Shown here: positions 52,695 through 61,904 of the stretch, piece by piece
Position numbering within the stretch: the first letter of the stretch is position 1
Layout of the letters: the number at the start of each line of letters is the position of its first letter
Origin: Desulfobacterales bacterium
Lineage (GTDB): Bacteria > Desulfobacterota > Desulfobacteria > Desulfobacterales > UBA2156
DNA length: 61,904 nucleotides
NCBI GenBank assembly: GCA_027025555.1
Contig: JALVQN010000211.1
Location: 1 to 61,904, forward strand
Direction: 5' to 3'
Notes under the pieces: model-generated
Told to the model about the DNA's origin: nothing
The model's database searches: none
What the model saw: the letters and a program-made list of their open reading frames with translations, nothing else
Program-made: the position numbers and the translations under genes

Positions 52695-53873
52695 ATGCAA
52701 ACACCCCGGGACACCTCCCAGGACCTGCCGGAATCCCGATCCTTTCACCGGGGGACCGTGTTGGTCCTTTCGTTGTGCCATCTGGTCCATGACATCTACT
52801 CGGGCTTTTTATCCCCCCTGCTTCCGCTTCTCATCCAGAAGCTCTCCTTGTCTTTGACCCGGGCCGGTCTTTTGTCCACGGTGATGCAGCTTCCTTCCCT
52901 GTTGAATCCTTTCATCGGTGTGCTTGCCGACCGGGTGAGCGTAAAAGGGTTCATCGTTTTGGCCCCGGCGGTCACCGCCGTGACCATGAGCCTCATCGGA
53001 GTGGCTCCCACTTACGGCGTGCTCCTTATCCTCCTGGGGCTTGCCGGCATCAGCGTGGCCGTCTTCCATGTCCCCGCCCCGGTATTGGTGGCCAACTTTT
53101 CCGGGGACCAAAAGGGCATGGGGATGAGCTGGTTCATGGTGGGCGGCGAATTGGCCCGGACCCTGGGGCCCATGGCTGCAGTGGGCGCGGTCTCTCTTCT
53201 GGGGCTGGAAGGCTTTTACCCCGTCATGGGATTCGGTCTTCTGGCTTCCCTGTGGCTCTTTTTCCACCTCAAGGACGTGCCCATGAACACTCCTGTGAAA
53301 AAGGACGTGTCCCTGGTTCGAACCTGGCAGAAGATGCGGCACGTTCTCCTGCCGCTGACCGGCATCCTGGTGGCCCGCGGCTTCATGCACGCCTGCATGA
53401 CCCCCTTTTTGCCCACCTTCATCAAGATTCACACCGGCGATCTCTGGCTGGCCGGGATTTCGCTGACGCTGCTGGAGAGTGCCGGGGTGGGGGGTGTTTT
53501 GTTGTCGGGGATCCTGAGCGACCGGCTGGGCCGAAGGAAAATCCTTTTCGCCTCCATGGTGGGCGCGCCCCTGGCCCTGGTCTTGGTCTCGGTGCTGGAC
53601 GGCTGGCTCCGGCTGGTCTCCGTCGTTGTGATGGGATTTACCCTGCTTTCCACGACACCGGTGATGCTGGCGCTGGTGCAGGAGCACAGCACCTCGAGCC
53701 CGGCCGCGGCCAACGGGTTTTTCATGATGGTCTCCTTCACGGCGCGTTCCGCCGTCACGGTGGGGGTGGGGTTCATCGCCGACGGCATCGGGCTTCAGGC
53801 CACCTACCTGGTCAGTGCCGTGCTGGGCCTGGCCGGGTTGCCCTTCATCTGGATGTTGCCAAAAAGAAGATGA
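52695..53873 (+). CDS. MFS transporter
   Basis: About 12 TM segments and an MFS loop motif (LSDRLGRRK). Start placed at MQTPRD. Confidence 0.85.
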   Translation: MQTPRDTSQDLPESRSFHRGTVLVLSLCHLVHDIYSGFLSPLLPLLIQKLSLSLTRAGLLSTVMQLPSLLNPFIGVLADRVSVKGFIVLAPAVTAVTMSLIGVAPTYGVLLILLGLAGISVAVFHVPAPVLVANFSGDQKGMGMSWFMVGGELARTLGPMAAVGAVSLLGLEGFYPVMGFGLLASLWLFFHLKDVPMNTPVKKDVSLVRTWQKMRHVLLPLTGILVARGFMHACMTPFLPTFIKIHTGDLWLAGISLTLLESAGVGGVLLSGILSDRLGRRKILFASMVGAPLALVLVSVLDGWLRLVSVVVMGFTLLSTTPVMLALVQEHSTSSPAAANGFFMMVSFTARSAVTVGVGFIADGIGLQATYLVSAVLGLAGLPFIWMLPKRR

Positions 53874-53886
53874 CAGGCGCGCCCGG

Positions 53887-54867
53887 CTAATTTTCAGGCG
53901 TTGCCTTGTTCATGTCCTGGACCAAGGCCGTGACGGCCCTGATCTGTCCATCGGCGATGAGGAAAGGGTAGGCGTTGTCGGAGGAGATGCCCGGACGGGT
54001 CTTTGCTTCCTTTTTTTGCTTTTTGAAAAGCTTCAGGACGTGTTTTGCCTTCCCCGTCACAACGATTTCGATTTCCGGGTCTTTGAAGTCTTCCTTTTTT
54101 GAGCCCTGGATGTAGTCTTGACATTTCAGACCCGTCAGCGACGAGAGGATGTGGGTGATTTTTGCTGCATCGACCGGTTTGCCGTCTTGGGTCTGCCAGG
54201 CATCCCCTTCCTTTTGCGGCGCCTTTTGACTTTCCTTGGAGGCGTTCTCTCCTTTTGCGGCGGGTTTTTCGGTTTTTCCCGGTCGAATCAGCCGGAGCGA
54301 TTTTCCCTGAAAGGTGATGGAAAGTTCCCGGACATCCGCCTTTTCAAAGGACAAAACGGTCTTGTCCCGGAGGCTTGCCACAGTGACGTTGAACTTGGCC
54401 TTCAGGTTGCCCTGGGCCTGGTACACATTGGGGTCCCCGGCGATTTTCACATGGGTGTGACGAAAGGTGGATGCAGTGCTGCCGATGTCGAACTCCCGCT
54501 TCACCGTGCCGCCTGCAAAGGCTTTCACGTGGATCCTTTTATCCTCTCCAAGATCGTAACGGGCGTAATTTTTCGATTCAGAGACCCGGGCCGAAAGAAA
54601 AAGGGCGGCCGCGGCATCCAGAAGGTCGGCCACCTTTTCCCGGTCCGCCGGGACGTCCCCGGGGGACAGATACCAGCGGTCCTTTTTTCTGCTCAACACG
54701 ATGGTGTCGTTTCCCTTGAGGATTTCGAGCCGGGTCAATGCCGTGGCCGAGACTTCAGGCAGCTTCGGCAGCACGTATCGGGTGCGGTCGGACTCCCGAA
54801 ACATCAGGTACGCCGCCGCCGCCACGATGACTATGACAAGAAGGAGGTATTCGAGCCTGGTTTTCAT
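53887..54867 (-). CDS. DUF4340-domain protein (accessory to GldG-type ABC systems)
   Basis: Start at MKTRLEY, followed by a TM helix. The repetitive beta-rich body and its position downstream of the GldG-like gene are typical of DUF4340. Confidence 0.65.
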   Translation of the reverse strand: MKTRLEYLLLVIVIVAAAAYLMFRESDRTRYVLPKLPEVSATALTRLEILKGNDTIVLSRKKDRWYLSPGDVPADREKVADLLDAAAALFLSARVSESKNYARYDLGEDKRIHVKAFAGGTVKREFDIGSTASTFRHTHVKIAGDPNVYQAQGNLKAKFNVTVASLRDKTVLSFEKADVRELSITFQGKSLRLIRPGKTEKPAAKGENASKESQKAPQKEGDAWQTQDGKPVDAAKITHILSSLTGLKCQDYIQGSKKEDFKDPEIEIVVTGKAKHVLKLFKKQKKEAKTRPGISSDNAYPFLIADGQIRAVTALVQDMNKATPEN

Positions 54868-54917
54868 CGGATGCGTTCTCCCAAAACGAACAGGGCTTGC
54901 TTGGCCCGGGCCGGGGG

Positions 54918-57110
54918 CTAACCGGCCTGTTTCATGTAGATTTCCTGGATCCGCTTTTTCCTCCGGGCGCGGGCAGCCCATACCCCCAGCCCGAAAAGGA
55001 CCACCATCACCGGCGGTCCGATGACCATGAGACTCTTGACCATGGTCTTGGTGAAGCCACTGATTTCACGGAGGGGATTGAAGCGGGCCTTCTTTCCCCG
55101 CAAGACGGCGATGGCCTCCCGGTCGTTCAAGTAATCCAGAAGGTTCATGATGAAAACAGCGTTTTCGGTTTTGCCTTCCGGATCCAGGACATTGTCTTTG
55201 AGCATCTCCGAAGAGGCCATGATGAATATCCGGGCCGGCTTTCCCTTGGACAGGAAGGCTTTTTCCGCTTGAATCCGGGACACATCGGAATCCTGTTGGG
55301 ACGTATCCTTTCTTTTTTCCTTTTCCCGGGCCTTATCGGGGGCTTCGGGTTTTTCAGGGATCGGCTTCCCGGCAAAGTAACTGGAGAATCGACCTTCCAG
55401 AAGCAATGCCAGTGTTTTTTTGCCTTTGCGATCTTTGGAAGCCGGCGGCCGGAGAAACATGGGATTGAGGACGATGCGGTCTTGCAACTCCCAGGCGTCT
55501 TTTGAAGATGAAAGGAGCGGATAGACCCGGATGCCGTTTTCCTTCAGCTTCTTTTCATCCACGCTCAAAGGGGACACCTTGACCGCCACGATCGCCTTGA
55601 TGGATTTCATGAAATCCAGCGTTTTGTCGATGTTTTGGTCTTTGATGATGGGGGCAAAATAGAGCGGTTGTTCACCGCCCCCCTGCTCCCGGGGAAGACT
55701 CTGCTTGAAGCAATGTTCATCCAGCACCAGGGATTTTTTGAGGGTGACGCCCCAGTGGGACAACAGCTTTTCGAGGCCGGAGTCAAAGGGCTGCAGGACC
55801 TGACCCCCTCCGAACATCATGGCCTGGGGACCCGTGGCTTCCTTCAGGGCGTCGGGAAGAAGCATGAGGTTGGTGCCCCGCATCAGGGCCTGGTCGATCT
55901 GGAAGAGCGCATAGTCGGAAAGCGGTTCGGTGGGGCCTGCGATGATCAGGCATCCCAGGTTGGCCGGGATGGGTTCCTCGAGGACCCGGATGGGTTTGAT
56001 GGCATATCCCTGGGAAGCCAGTCGGGAAAAGTTTGCCAGGGCATTTCGGTCCCTTTGCCCGGGCATCCCGCTTCCGAACGGCGCGGGCGTACCGTGGTCG
56101 GCCATGTATCCCAGGTCCGCATTGATGTGAATGAGGCGTTCAATGCCGGTATTGAGCATCTCCTCCACGCGGTTCAGATCGGCCAATTCGTATCGGGTTC
56201 CGATGACCGGGATCCGGAAGACGCTCAACAGGGGCAATTCCACCTTTTGGTCGCCATGGGACAGGACCATCCCGATGGCGCCTTTGCCGGCTTTGATCTT
56301 TCCGTTAAAAAGGGCCGGCCATTTCAACTGCAAGACGTTATATTTGGACAAGAGGGCTTCGGCCTTTGCATCCTTCGATGGGTCCACGTGAAGATATTCA
56401 AGCTTTCCGTAGAGCTTGGCGTTGAGTCGATCCACGATCCTGGCGATGGATTCGGGGTAATCGGAAAGGGCCTTGATCCCCATGTGGGGGGCCACGGATT
56501 CCAGGGAAGAGGAGAGAATCAGGGTGACCCGGATCTTGCCTTTCAAGTTGAGCAGGGCGCTGACCTTGTTGTTGAGCTTCTGGATGGCGGTGGTCAAACG
56601 GTATTCCAGGTCATCGGTGGCGGTGATGGCCCCGATCCGCTCCACGATATCCCCGTGGATCAACACCAGCCCCATGTAGGCCTTTTTGAACTTGATCTCG
56701 TCTTGCTCCACCGTTTGAATCTGCAAGGGGCGGATCCCGTAAGCTTCGGCCATTTTCCGGTTTTGCCGGCTCGAAGGGTCGACCCCTTCCCCTTCCGGAT
56801 TGACATCGAAGAACCGAAAGTTGAAAAAGCGGTTGGCCGAGGCCGCATACGCTTCCAGGAGGTCCTTGAGGTATCGCTCCGTCTGGTTATGGGGCGCCGG
56901 GAGGTTTTTGGTGAAAAAGACATGGATGGTCAAGGGTTCCGAAAGGGTGGAGACCACCTGTCGGCTGGCGTCCGACAGACAATAGCGCTTGTCTTTCGTC
57001 AGGTCCACCCTGAAAAACAGGGTGATGCCGGCGATGTTGATGAGCACCACGGCGAGGATATAAAGCAAGAACTTGGCGTATCTGCCTGCGGTTCGGCGTT
57101 TGGACATCAC
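54918..57110 (-). CDS. GldG-like ABC-transporter auxiliary protein (N- and C-terminal TM anchors)
   Basis: 730 aa. N-terminal TM (FLLYILAVVLINIAGITLFF), a large extracytoplasmic domain and a C-terminal TM. Confidence 0.75.
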   Translation of the reverse strand: MMSKRRTAGRYAKFLLYILAVVLINIAGITLFFRVDLTKDKRYCLSDASRQVVSTLSEPLTIHVFFTKNLPAPHNQTERYLKDLLEAYAASANRFFNFRFFDVNPEGEGVDPSSRQNRKMAEAYGIRPLQIQTVEQDEIKFKKAYMGLVLIHGDIVERIGAITATDDLEYRLTTAIQKLNNKVSALLNLKGKIRVTLILSSSLESVAPHMGIKALSDYPESIARIVDRLNAKLYGKLEYLHVDPSKDAKAEALLSKYNVLQLKWPALFNGKIKAGKGAIGMVLSHGDQKVELPLLSVFRIPVIGTRYELADLNRVEEMLNTGIERLIHINADLGYMADHGTPAPFGSGMPGQRDRNALANFSRLASQGYAIKPIRVLEEPIPANLGCLIIAGPTEPLSDYALFQIDQALMRGTNLMLLPDALKEATGPQAMMFGGGQVLQPFDSGLEKLLSHWGVTLKKSLVLDEHCFKQSLPREQGGGEQPLYFAPIIKDQNIDKTLDFMKSIKAIVAVKVSPLSVDEKKLKENGIRVYPLLSSSKDAWELQDRIVLNPMFLRPPASKDRKGKKTLALLLEGRFSSYFAGKPIPEKPEAPDKAREKEKRKDTSQQDSDVSRIQAEKAFLSKGKPARIFIMASSEMLKDNVLDPEGKTENAVFIMNLLDYLNDREAIAVLRGKKARFNPLREISGFTKTMVKSLMVIGPPVMVVLFGLGVWAARARRKKRIQEIYMKQAG

Positions 57111-57117
57111 AGATCCT

Positions 57118-57822
57118 TTATTTTTGATCCTGCATCACGAGGGTTGCGGCATACAGGGCGATGAACATGACGCTGAAGAAATAGAGGATATCCCGGGAGT
57201 CGATGACACCCTTGGCGATGTTTCCAAAGTGCGGGTCGGCTGCCAGGTAGGCGACGGCGCCCAGCCACGAATCCGGGAGGAAAAAAAGCATCTTGTCGAG
57301 GACGGTGAGGCAAAAACAGATAAGCGCCCCCAGGATAAAGGCAATGACCTGGTTTGTGGTAAGGGCGGAGGCGAAGAGCCCGATGGCGGAGAAAGCCGCC
57401 CCCAGGAGGAGGGCACCGGCGAATCCGCCCATGACAGGGCCCCAGTCCAGATCCCCGAGGAAGGCGATGACGATGGGATACGTCACGGTGGGGAGGAGGA
57501 GGGCCGCCACAAAGAGGACGGCGGAGAGGAACTTGCCCATGACCACGTCCGAAAACCGGACAGGGAGGGTGAGCAACACTTCAAGGGATCCCGCAGCGCG
57601 TTCTTCGGAAAAAAGGCGCATGGTCACCGCAGGAATCACGAAGGAAAAGGTCATGGGGAGGAGGTTGAAGAAGTTACGCATGTCCGCCTGATTGAACAGG
57701 AAGAAGGTGGTGAAGAAGAGCCAGCCGGTTACCATGAGAAAGACGGCAATGACGATATAGGCGATGGGGGAAACGAAGTAATCCTTGATTTCTTTTCCGA
57801 TGATGGCGACGAGGGGTCCCAT
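57118..57822 (-). CDS. ABC-2 type permease (GldF-like)
   Basis: 234 aa with 6 TM segments. Stop lies 7 nt before the GldG-like start. Start is adjacent to the ATPase stop. Confidence 0.85.
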   Translation of the reverse strand: MGPLVAIIGKEIKDYFVSPIAYIVIAVFLMVTGWLFFTTFFLFNQADMRNFFNLLPMTFSFVIPAVTMRLFSEERAAGSLEVLLTLPVRFSDVVMGKFLSAVLFVAALLLPTVTYPIVIAFLGDLDWGPVMGGFAGALLLGAAFSAIGLFASALTTNQVIAFILGALICFCLTVLDKMLFFLPDSWLGAVAYLAADPHFGNIAKGVIDSRDILYFFSVMFIALYAATLVMQDQK

Positions 57823-57823
57823 T

Positions 57824-58762
57824 TCAATCCTCCCGGGTGAGTTCTCGGAATATGGTTTCGAGGTTCTGGGTCTGCTGATGCAGTTCGATCAGGCTCCAAT
57901 CCGTGGCCTTGATGGCTTGGTAGAGATCTTCACGCGGGTCAGACCCCTCCCGGCACCGAAGGGATAGGGACAGGGTTTCCGTGTCGGGCCTGCCGACTTC
58001 CTGGACGTCCAGGATCCCTTCCACGGCTTTCAGCCTCGATATGGCCGCATCGGCCCGGGCATGGCGCAGGGAGAGGAGGACCACCTGATCCAGCCCGGAG
58101 ATCTCCTGGAGGGCCTGGGTGTCATCGTCGGCCACGATCTTTCCCCGGTGAATGATGATCACCCGGTCACAGGTGGCCTCGGCCTCGCTGAGGATGTGGG
58201 TGGACAGGATAATGGTCTTTTCCCGGGAGGCCCGCCGGATGATATCCCGAATTTCCACGATCTGGTTGGGATCGAGTCCTGAAGTGGGTTCATCGAGCAC
58301 CAAAATTTCCGGATCGCCCAGCATGGCGTGTGCCAGGCCCACCCGTTGTTTGAGGCCCCTGGAGAGTTCTCCGATGGCAAAGTGCATGATCTCTTGGATG
58401 CCGCACACCTCTGACAGCTCCTGAATCCGGTGAAGGCGTCTTTTTTCATCCAGGCCCCGGACACGGGCCACGTACTCCAGGTAATCCAAGACAAGCATGT
58501 TCCGGTACAAGGGGGCCGATTCGGGCAAATACCCCATGAGGCGTTTGATCTCAATGGCGTCGGTGAGGATGGAAAGGTGGTTGACCTTGATGTTCCCGGA
58601 GGTGGGGGGGAGATACCCGGTGAGCATGCGAAGGGTGGTGGTTTTCCCGGCACCGTTGGGCCCCAAAAGGCCCACGATCTCCCCTTTTTGAATCGAGAAG
58701 TCGATGCGGTCGACCGCACAGAACCCATCGTAATATTTGGATAAATTTTCGACCTCGATCAC
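57824..58762 (-). CDS. ABC transporter ATP-binding protein (GldA-like)
   Basis: Walker A (GPNGAGKTT), signature (LSRGLKQR) and Walker B (ILVLDEPTSGLD). Confidence 0.9.
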   Translation of the reverse strand: MIEVENLSKYYDGFCAVDRIDFSIQKGEIVGLLGPNGAGKTTTLRMLTGYLPPTSGNIKVNHLSILTDAIEIKRLMGYLPESAPLYRNMLVLDYLEYVARVRGLDEKRRLHRIQELSEVCGIQEIMHFAIGELSRGLKQRVGLAHAMLGDPEILVLDEPTSGLDPNQIVEIRDIIRRASREKTIILSTHILSEAEATCDRVIIIHRGKIVADDDTQALQEISGLDQVVLLSLRHARADAAISRLKAVEGILDVQEVGRPDTETLSLSLRCREGSDPREDLYQAIKATDWSLIELHQQTQNLETIFRELTRED

Positions 58763-58944
58763 GAAGCGGCCTCCTTTGGAGATAAAAGTGAAAGTCGGAA
58801 GCCCTCTTTATCAGCCCGGGAACCGCCGGTCAAGTCCCCTGCCCGGGCCGGGACTCGAGCGGGCGAAAGCGGGGTCCTTTGGGGGCGGGATTCGGAGTTT
58901 GGATGCTTTCTCCGGGATCGTCCAAAGGATGTGTTTCCGGTTAG

Positions 58945-59592
58945 TCAGGTGCCCTTTTCCTGTAAAATGCCGAATCGGAGCCACTTGAAACGGTGTTGGT
59001 CCTGGGGGGATACCTGTTTGCCGATGCGCGCCATGAACAGGTTTTCGGGCCTGATGGCGATATTGGGTTCGTTGGTTTCCATGACGTCAAAGCCAAAGGG
59101 CTTGAAGAGCCGGATCAGCAGGGTTCGGTATTGCTGGGCGGACAAACCCGTGCCCTCCAGATCCCATGTCCAGGAATAGCCCACCATGTAGGCCACCACG
59201 TCCTCGATGCGGGGATGATCCAGGGTGAGCTTGAGGATTTTCCCGGCCACGCGAAAGGTGCGCCAGCTCCGGCACACCTCGATGGCCTTGACCTCCATCA
59301 TCATGCCGGGGCCCAGGGCGGCCCAACGCTCGTCGGGTTCCGGGGGGTCCAGCACGCCGAAGCCGATGATGTGCTTCCGGGTGGACAGGGCAAGCGTCAC
59401 ATTGGTGTCCGGGGACGCGGCCTTGTCTTCCAGGGTTTCCCGTCTGGTGTAAAGGGACTTGTATTGGGCATACGCCTTGAATTCGGGATCGAAAAGAAAC
59501 TCCCGAATCTCTTCGGACGTGCAAAAGGAACGCACCCGGACATTTCCATTGGGCGTGGGCCACAGGAGTTCTTTTTGAAAACTTTCGGCCAT
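58945..59592 (-). CDS. hypothetical protein, possibly an acyl-CoA N-acyltransferase fold
   Basis: 215 aa, located 14 nt downstream of a GNAT gene. Only a weak GNAT-like central segment (IIGFGVLDPP...MEVKAIEV). Function unknown. Confidence 0.5.
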   Translation of the reverse strand: MAESFQKELLWPTPNGNVRVRSFCTSEEIREFLFDPEFKAYAQYKSLYTRRETLEDKAASPDTNVTLALSTRKHIIGFGVLDPPEPDERWAALGPGMMMEVKAIEVCRSWRTFRVAGKILKLTLDHPRIEDVVAYMVGYSWTWDLEGTGLSAQQYRTLLIRLFKPFGFDVMETNEPNIAIRPENLFMARIGKQVSPQDQHRFKWLRFGILQEKGT

Positions 59593-59606
59593 GGCCTGAT
59601 GGCTTT

Positions 59607-60161
59607 TTAAAAATCGCCCCAGTCCTTGTGAAGGCGCTTGATCATGATGATCATGTCGTGGCGTTGGCCCTTCGGATCCTTGGCATAGTCTTTAAGGACG
59701 GCGCTTTTAAAGAAGTCGAGTTTCACTGCAGAATCGATGGCGGCGTCTTCGACACCGGCCACGAAGTCGGCCCTGAGTTCCCTGAGCCCCTTGTCCATGG
59801 CCAGCTGGATGAGGTCGAGCAGCATCCAGGTCCCGAGGCGTTTGTGCCGATGTCCGGGGGATACCATGATGCGCAGTCGGCCCACATGGGCGGTATATCC
59901 GAATCCCCGCAGATGGAGAGAAGCGTGCGCGATGATCTTCTCATCCGAAAGGGCCACGATGGAATAGACGGTTCCTGAATCGATGCCGTCGATCCATTTG
60001 GAAATGACGGAGGGATCCGTCACGTCATAGGGCATATACCACCGGTCGGTTTCCGGGATACGGGCGTAAAACTCCCGCAGGCCCTCTTCGTCGGTCTTTT
60101 CCAGATGCCGGATAACGGCCTCTTGGCCGTTTTTGAGGATGATCTCTTTCGGGTATCGCAT
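59607..60161 (-). CDS. GNAT-family N-acetyltransferase
   Basis: 184 aa with the acetyl-CoA-binding motif region (IMVSPGHRHKRLGTWML). Confidence 0.8.
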   Translation of the reverse strand: MRYPKEIILKNGQEAVIRHLEKTDEEGLREFYARIPETDRWYMPYDVTDPSVISKWIDGIDSGTVYSIVALSDEKIIAHASLHLRGFGYTAHVGRLRIMVSPGHRHKRLGTWMLLDLIQLAMDKGLRELRADFVAGVEDAAIDSAVKLDFFKSAVLKDYAKDPKGQRHDMIIMIKRLHKDWGDF

Positions 60162-60344
60162 CGGTCCTCCGCAAAGGGCGTTTCAATAGATCGCCATGGG
60201 GTCGAGTCACGGCTTTAAAAAAAATAAAGAAACCCTCTTGATATCCGTGGCAATTGCTGGTTTGACGGTAGATCAGTTTGACCCTTGCCGTCAACGCCCT
60301 TTTTGCATGGATTCTTTTTTACCGCTTTTCAAGAAGGTGGCCCC

Positions 60345-61289
60345 ATGAATGCCCCCCTCAAGCTCGGTGTGAGCCGGTGCCTTTTAGGCGAAAGGGTCCG
60401 CTATGACGGGGATCACCGGTTGGATCGATTCCTCACCGATACCTTGGGACGATACGTGGTGTGGGTGCCGGTCTGCCCGGAAATGGAATGCGGCCTGGGG
60501 GTTCCCCGTGAAGCCATGCGGTTGACCGGGACATGCCAAGCGCCGCGGCTGGTCACGCTTTTTAGCGGTCAGGACCACACGCAGAAAATGACCGCGTGGG
60601 CCCAACAGCGGATCGCGGCGCTGGAAGCGGATGATTTAAGCGGGTTCATCTTTAAAAGCCGATCGCCTTCATGCGGGGTGAAAGGGGTGAAGATCTACCC
60701 GGGCAAGGGTCTGCGCGCAAGAAAGGGGCAGGGCCTCTTTGCGGCGATGTTCAGGGCTCATTTCCCCCGCATCCCCGTGGAAGAAGACGAAGGCCTCCAT
60801 GTCCTTCAACGGCGAGACAATTTCCTCGAACGCGTTTTTACCCTGAAACGATGGCGGGAGGCCCTTTCCGGGGAAAAGACCCTGGAGACGCTTTTGGCCT
60901 TCCATGGGACCCACGGCATGCTTGTCCGGTCCCACAGCGGGAAACACTTTCGGCATATGGAGAAGCTGCTCGCTGAAGGGAAACAGAAGCCCGTTGAGGA
61001 GCTCTTGGGTCCATACGAAGCCTTGCTCCTGGAAGCGCTTTCCCTGAAAGCCACCCCGGCCAAGCACATCCGCGTCTTGCAACGCATGACCGCCTATTTG
61101 AAAAACCGGTTGAAGCCATGGGAAAGGCAGGTGCTTCGAGAGGCCGTGAACCGGTACAAAAAAGGCCTGCTCCCTTTGAGTGTTCCCGTGTTCCTGATCA
61201 AAAGCTACGCCCTGAAATACGGAGAAGCCGATCTGGCGGATCAGGTGTATTTGAGGTCGAAGCCCTATGGGATTGAAGCGAAAAAGTAG
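60345..61289 (+). CDS. DUF523 (YbbK/TudS-like) plus DUF1722 two-domain protein
   Basis: Start at MNAPLKLGVSRCLLGERVRYDG...VPVCPE (DUF523 Cys motifs). The C-terminal helical half is DUF1722-like (HYLMLRSHS-type region: HGMLVRSHSGKHF). Confidence 0.8.
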   Translation: MNAPLKLGVSRCLLGERVRYDGDHRLDRFLTDTLGRYVVWVPVCPEMECGLGVPREAMRLTGTCQAPRLVTLFSGQDHTQKMTAWAQQRIAALEADDLSGFIFKSRSPSCGVKGVKIYPGKGLRARKGQGLFAAMFRAHFPRIPVEEDEGLHVLQRRDNFLERVFTLKRWREALSGEKTLETLLAFHGTHGMLVRSHSGKHFRHMEKLLAEGKQKPVEELLGPYEALLLEALSLKATPAKHIRVLQRMTAYLKNRLKPWERQVLREAVNRYKKGLLPLSVPVFLIKSYALKYGEADLADQVYLRSKPYGIEAKK

Positions 61290-61647
61290 GCCCCGAGACT
61301 CCGGGAAACCGGCGCCATGCAAGGCGGGTGCAACCGGTCATGTCCATTGAGCCCCTTGCTCAAGAGGCGAGGCAGTTTCGAAGAGATCATTAGGCGTTTG
61401 AGACCGTCAAGATGTTCGGATTCTGGCCACCGTGAGCCTTTTCCTGAATCCCCTCTTTTTTGACCTATTTTGCTGCTTGTTATAGAGTGCATCCGGATCA
61501 GTAGTGTCCGGTTAAATTTTTCAAAAAGTCTATAACCTATTAGAGTTCTTTGGCAATTTGACCAAAACGGGTGGAATCGATTTGAAATCGGTTTGAGCGA
61601 ACTGGTAATCCTTCTGATCCAAATTTCCCGTCAGGAGGATTGCCCGG

Positions 61648-61743
61648 ATGAATCAAGACTCCACCATTTTTTCTCAAATCATGGATTTCTTGCCGCTTTA
61701 TCAAATTCCGGTTCATCCGGTTTTAGCGTACTTTTGGGATTGA
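61648..61743 (+). pseudogene. possible N-terminal remnant of an IS4-family (DUF4372-type) transposase
   Basis: MNQDSTIFSQIMDFLPLYQ... resembles the conserved DUF4372 start (M..G.TVFSQLMDFLP.Y.F). The frame diverges and stops after 31 codons. GGAGG RBS present. Confidence 0.3.
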
Positions 61744-61806
61744 AAAAAGTGGACAATCCGGTTTCCTTCTTGATGAACGCGAATCCAATCAAGGAGGAAG
61801 GCCATC

Positions 61807-61902
61807 ATGTCCACGAGTTTCTTGTATCATGTTTTTGGAGTTCCATGTGATTCGGAGAGGGTACGTGTGGAGGCGTTTTCGCACAACCCCGATCGGCCGT
61901 AA
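61807..61902 (+). pseudogene. possible N-terminal remnant of an ISL3-family transposase
   Basis: MSTSFLYHVFGV... resembles the ISL3 transposase start (MST..LYH.FG). It diverges after about 12 aa and stops at 61900-61902. Confidence 0.3.
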
Positions 61903-61904
61903 AG

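Noticed and set aside
61593-61850. An 85-aa ORF on the plus strand.
   Set aside because: The sequence is low-complexity and its frame differs from the two transposase-like N-terminal matches. It has no RBS and lies in AT-richer, probably non-coding DNA.
1-61904. CRISPR arrays, rRNA, tRNA or tmRNA genes, prophage or integrase genes.
   Set aside because: No regularly spaced direct repeats, cloverleaf-like segments or rRNA-like conserved blocks were noticed on either strand. The only exact repeats are the intragenic rhodanese duplication and short palindromes. A computational scan (tRNAscan-SE, Infernal) would be needed to exclude small RNAs.

Overview
GC-rich chromosomal window with about 55 protein genes. 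No rRNA, tRNA or CRISPR array was recognised. Gene content points to an anaerobic deltaproteobacterial-type (Desulfobacterota-like) organism, but this is inference only. It rests on many sigma54 activators, multihaem cytochromes, NrfD/FeS/molybdopterin modules and MJ0042-type zinc ribbons.

Modules from left to right:
- rpsF (partial) and trkAH.
- A radical SAM/SPASM gene.
- A sigma54/GAF-regulated operon with a split UxaA-family lyase, a TctCAB transporter and two 2-hydroxyacid dehydrogenases. It resembles a sulfolactate (SuyAB/ComC/TTT) locus.
- A sigma54-driven multicopper oxidase.
- An APC permease fused to two USP domains.
- An FmdE / MoeA-like / ModE-N cluster.
- An operon of two orphan periplasmic binding proteins, an output-less zinc-ribbon-Cache-HAMP protein and a DUF4388-wHTH protein.
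- A haem-sensor histidine kinase and OmpR-type regulator next to NapC/NrfH plus an octahaem HAO-like cytochrome, followed by an alkaline phosphatase.
- Rrf2(NsrR-like)-cupin-qNOR.
- A metY-metX-metW operon led by an HTH/Cys-rich regulator.
- GAF, USP and PAS-sigma54 activator genes.
- GldAFG-like ABC genes plus DUF4340, acetyltransferases, a DUF523/DUF1722 gene, and possible IS remnants at the right edge.

The most interesting locus is 41.3-51.2 kb. It looks like one sigma54-dependent operon encoding a TusA-like protein, a TAT FeS protein, an NrfD-type membrane module fused to a 13-haem (c3-like plus OTR-like) cytochrome, a monohaem cytochrome c, PsrA/PsrB-like molybdoenzyme subunits, and a three-rhodanese-domain lipoprotein. 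That lipoprotein's frame passes through two in-frame TGA codons at equivalent active-site-loop positions. Each TGA is followed by an identical 73-nt stretch containing a hairpin, so these are probably selenocysteine codons with SECIS elements. A TorD-type chaperone lies convergent to the operon.

All coordinates and motifs were read by eye from the sequence and ORF track. No database search was possible.
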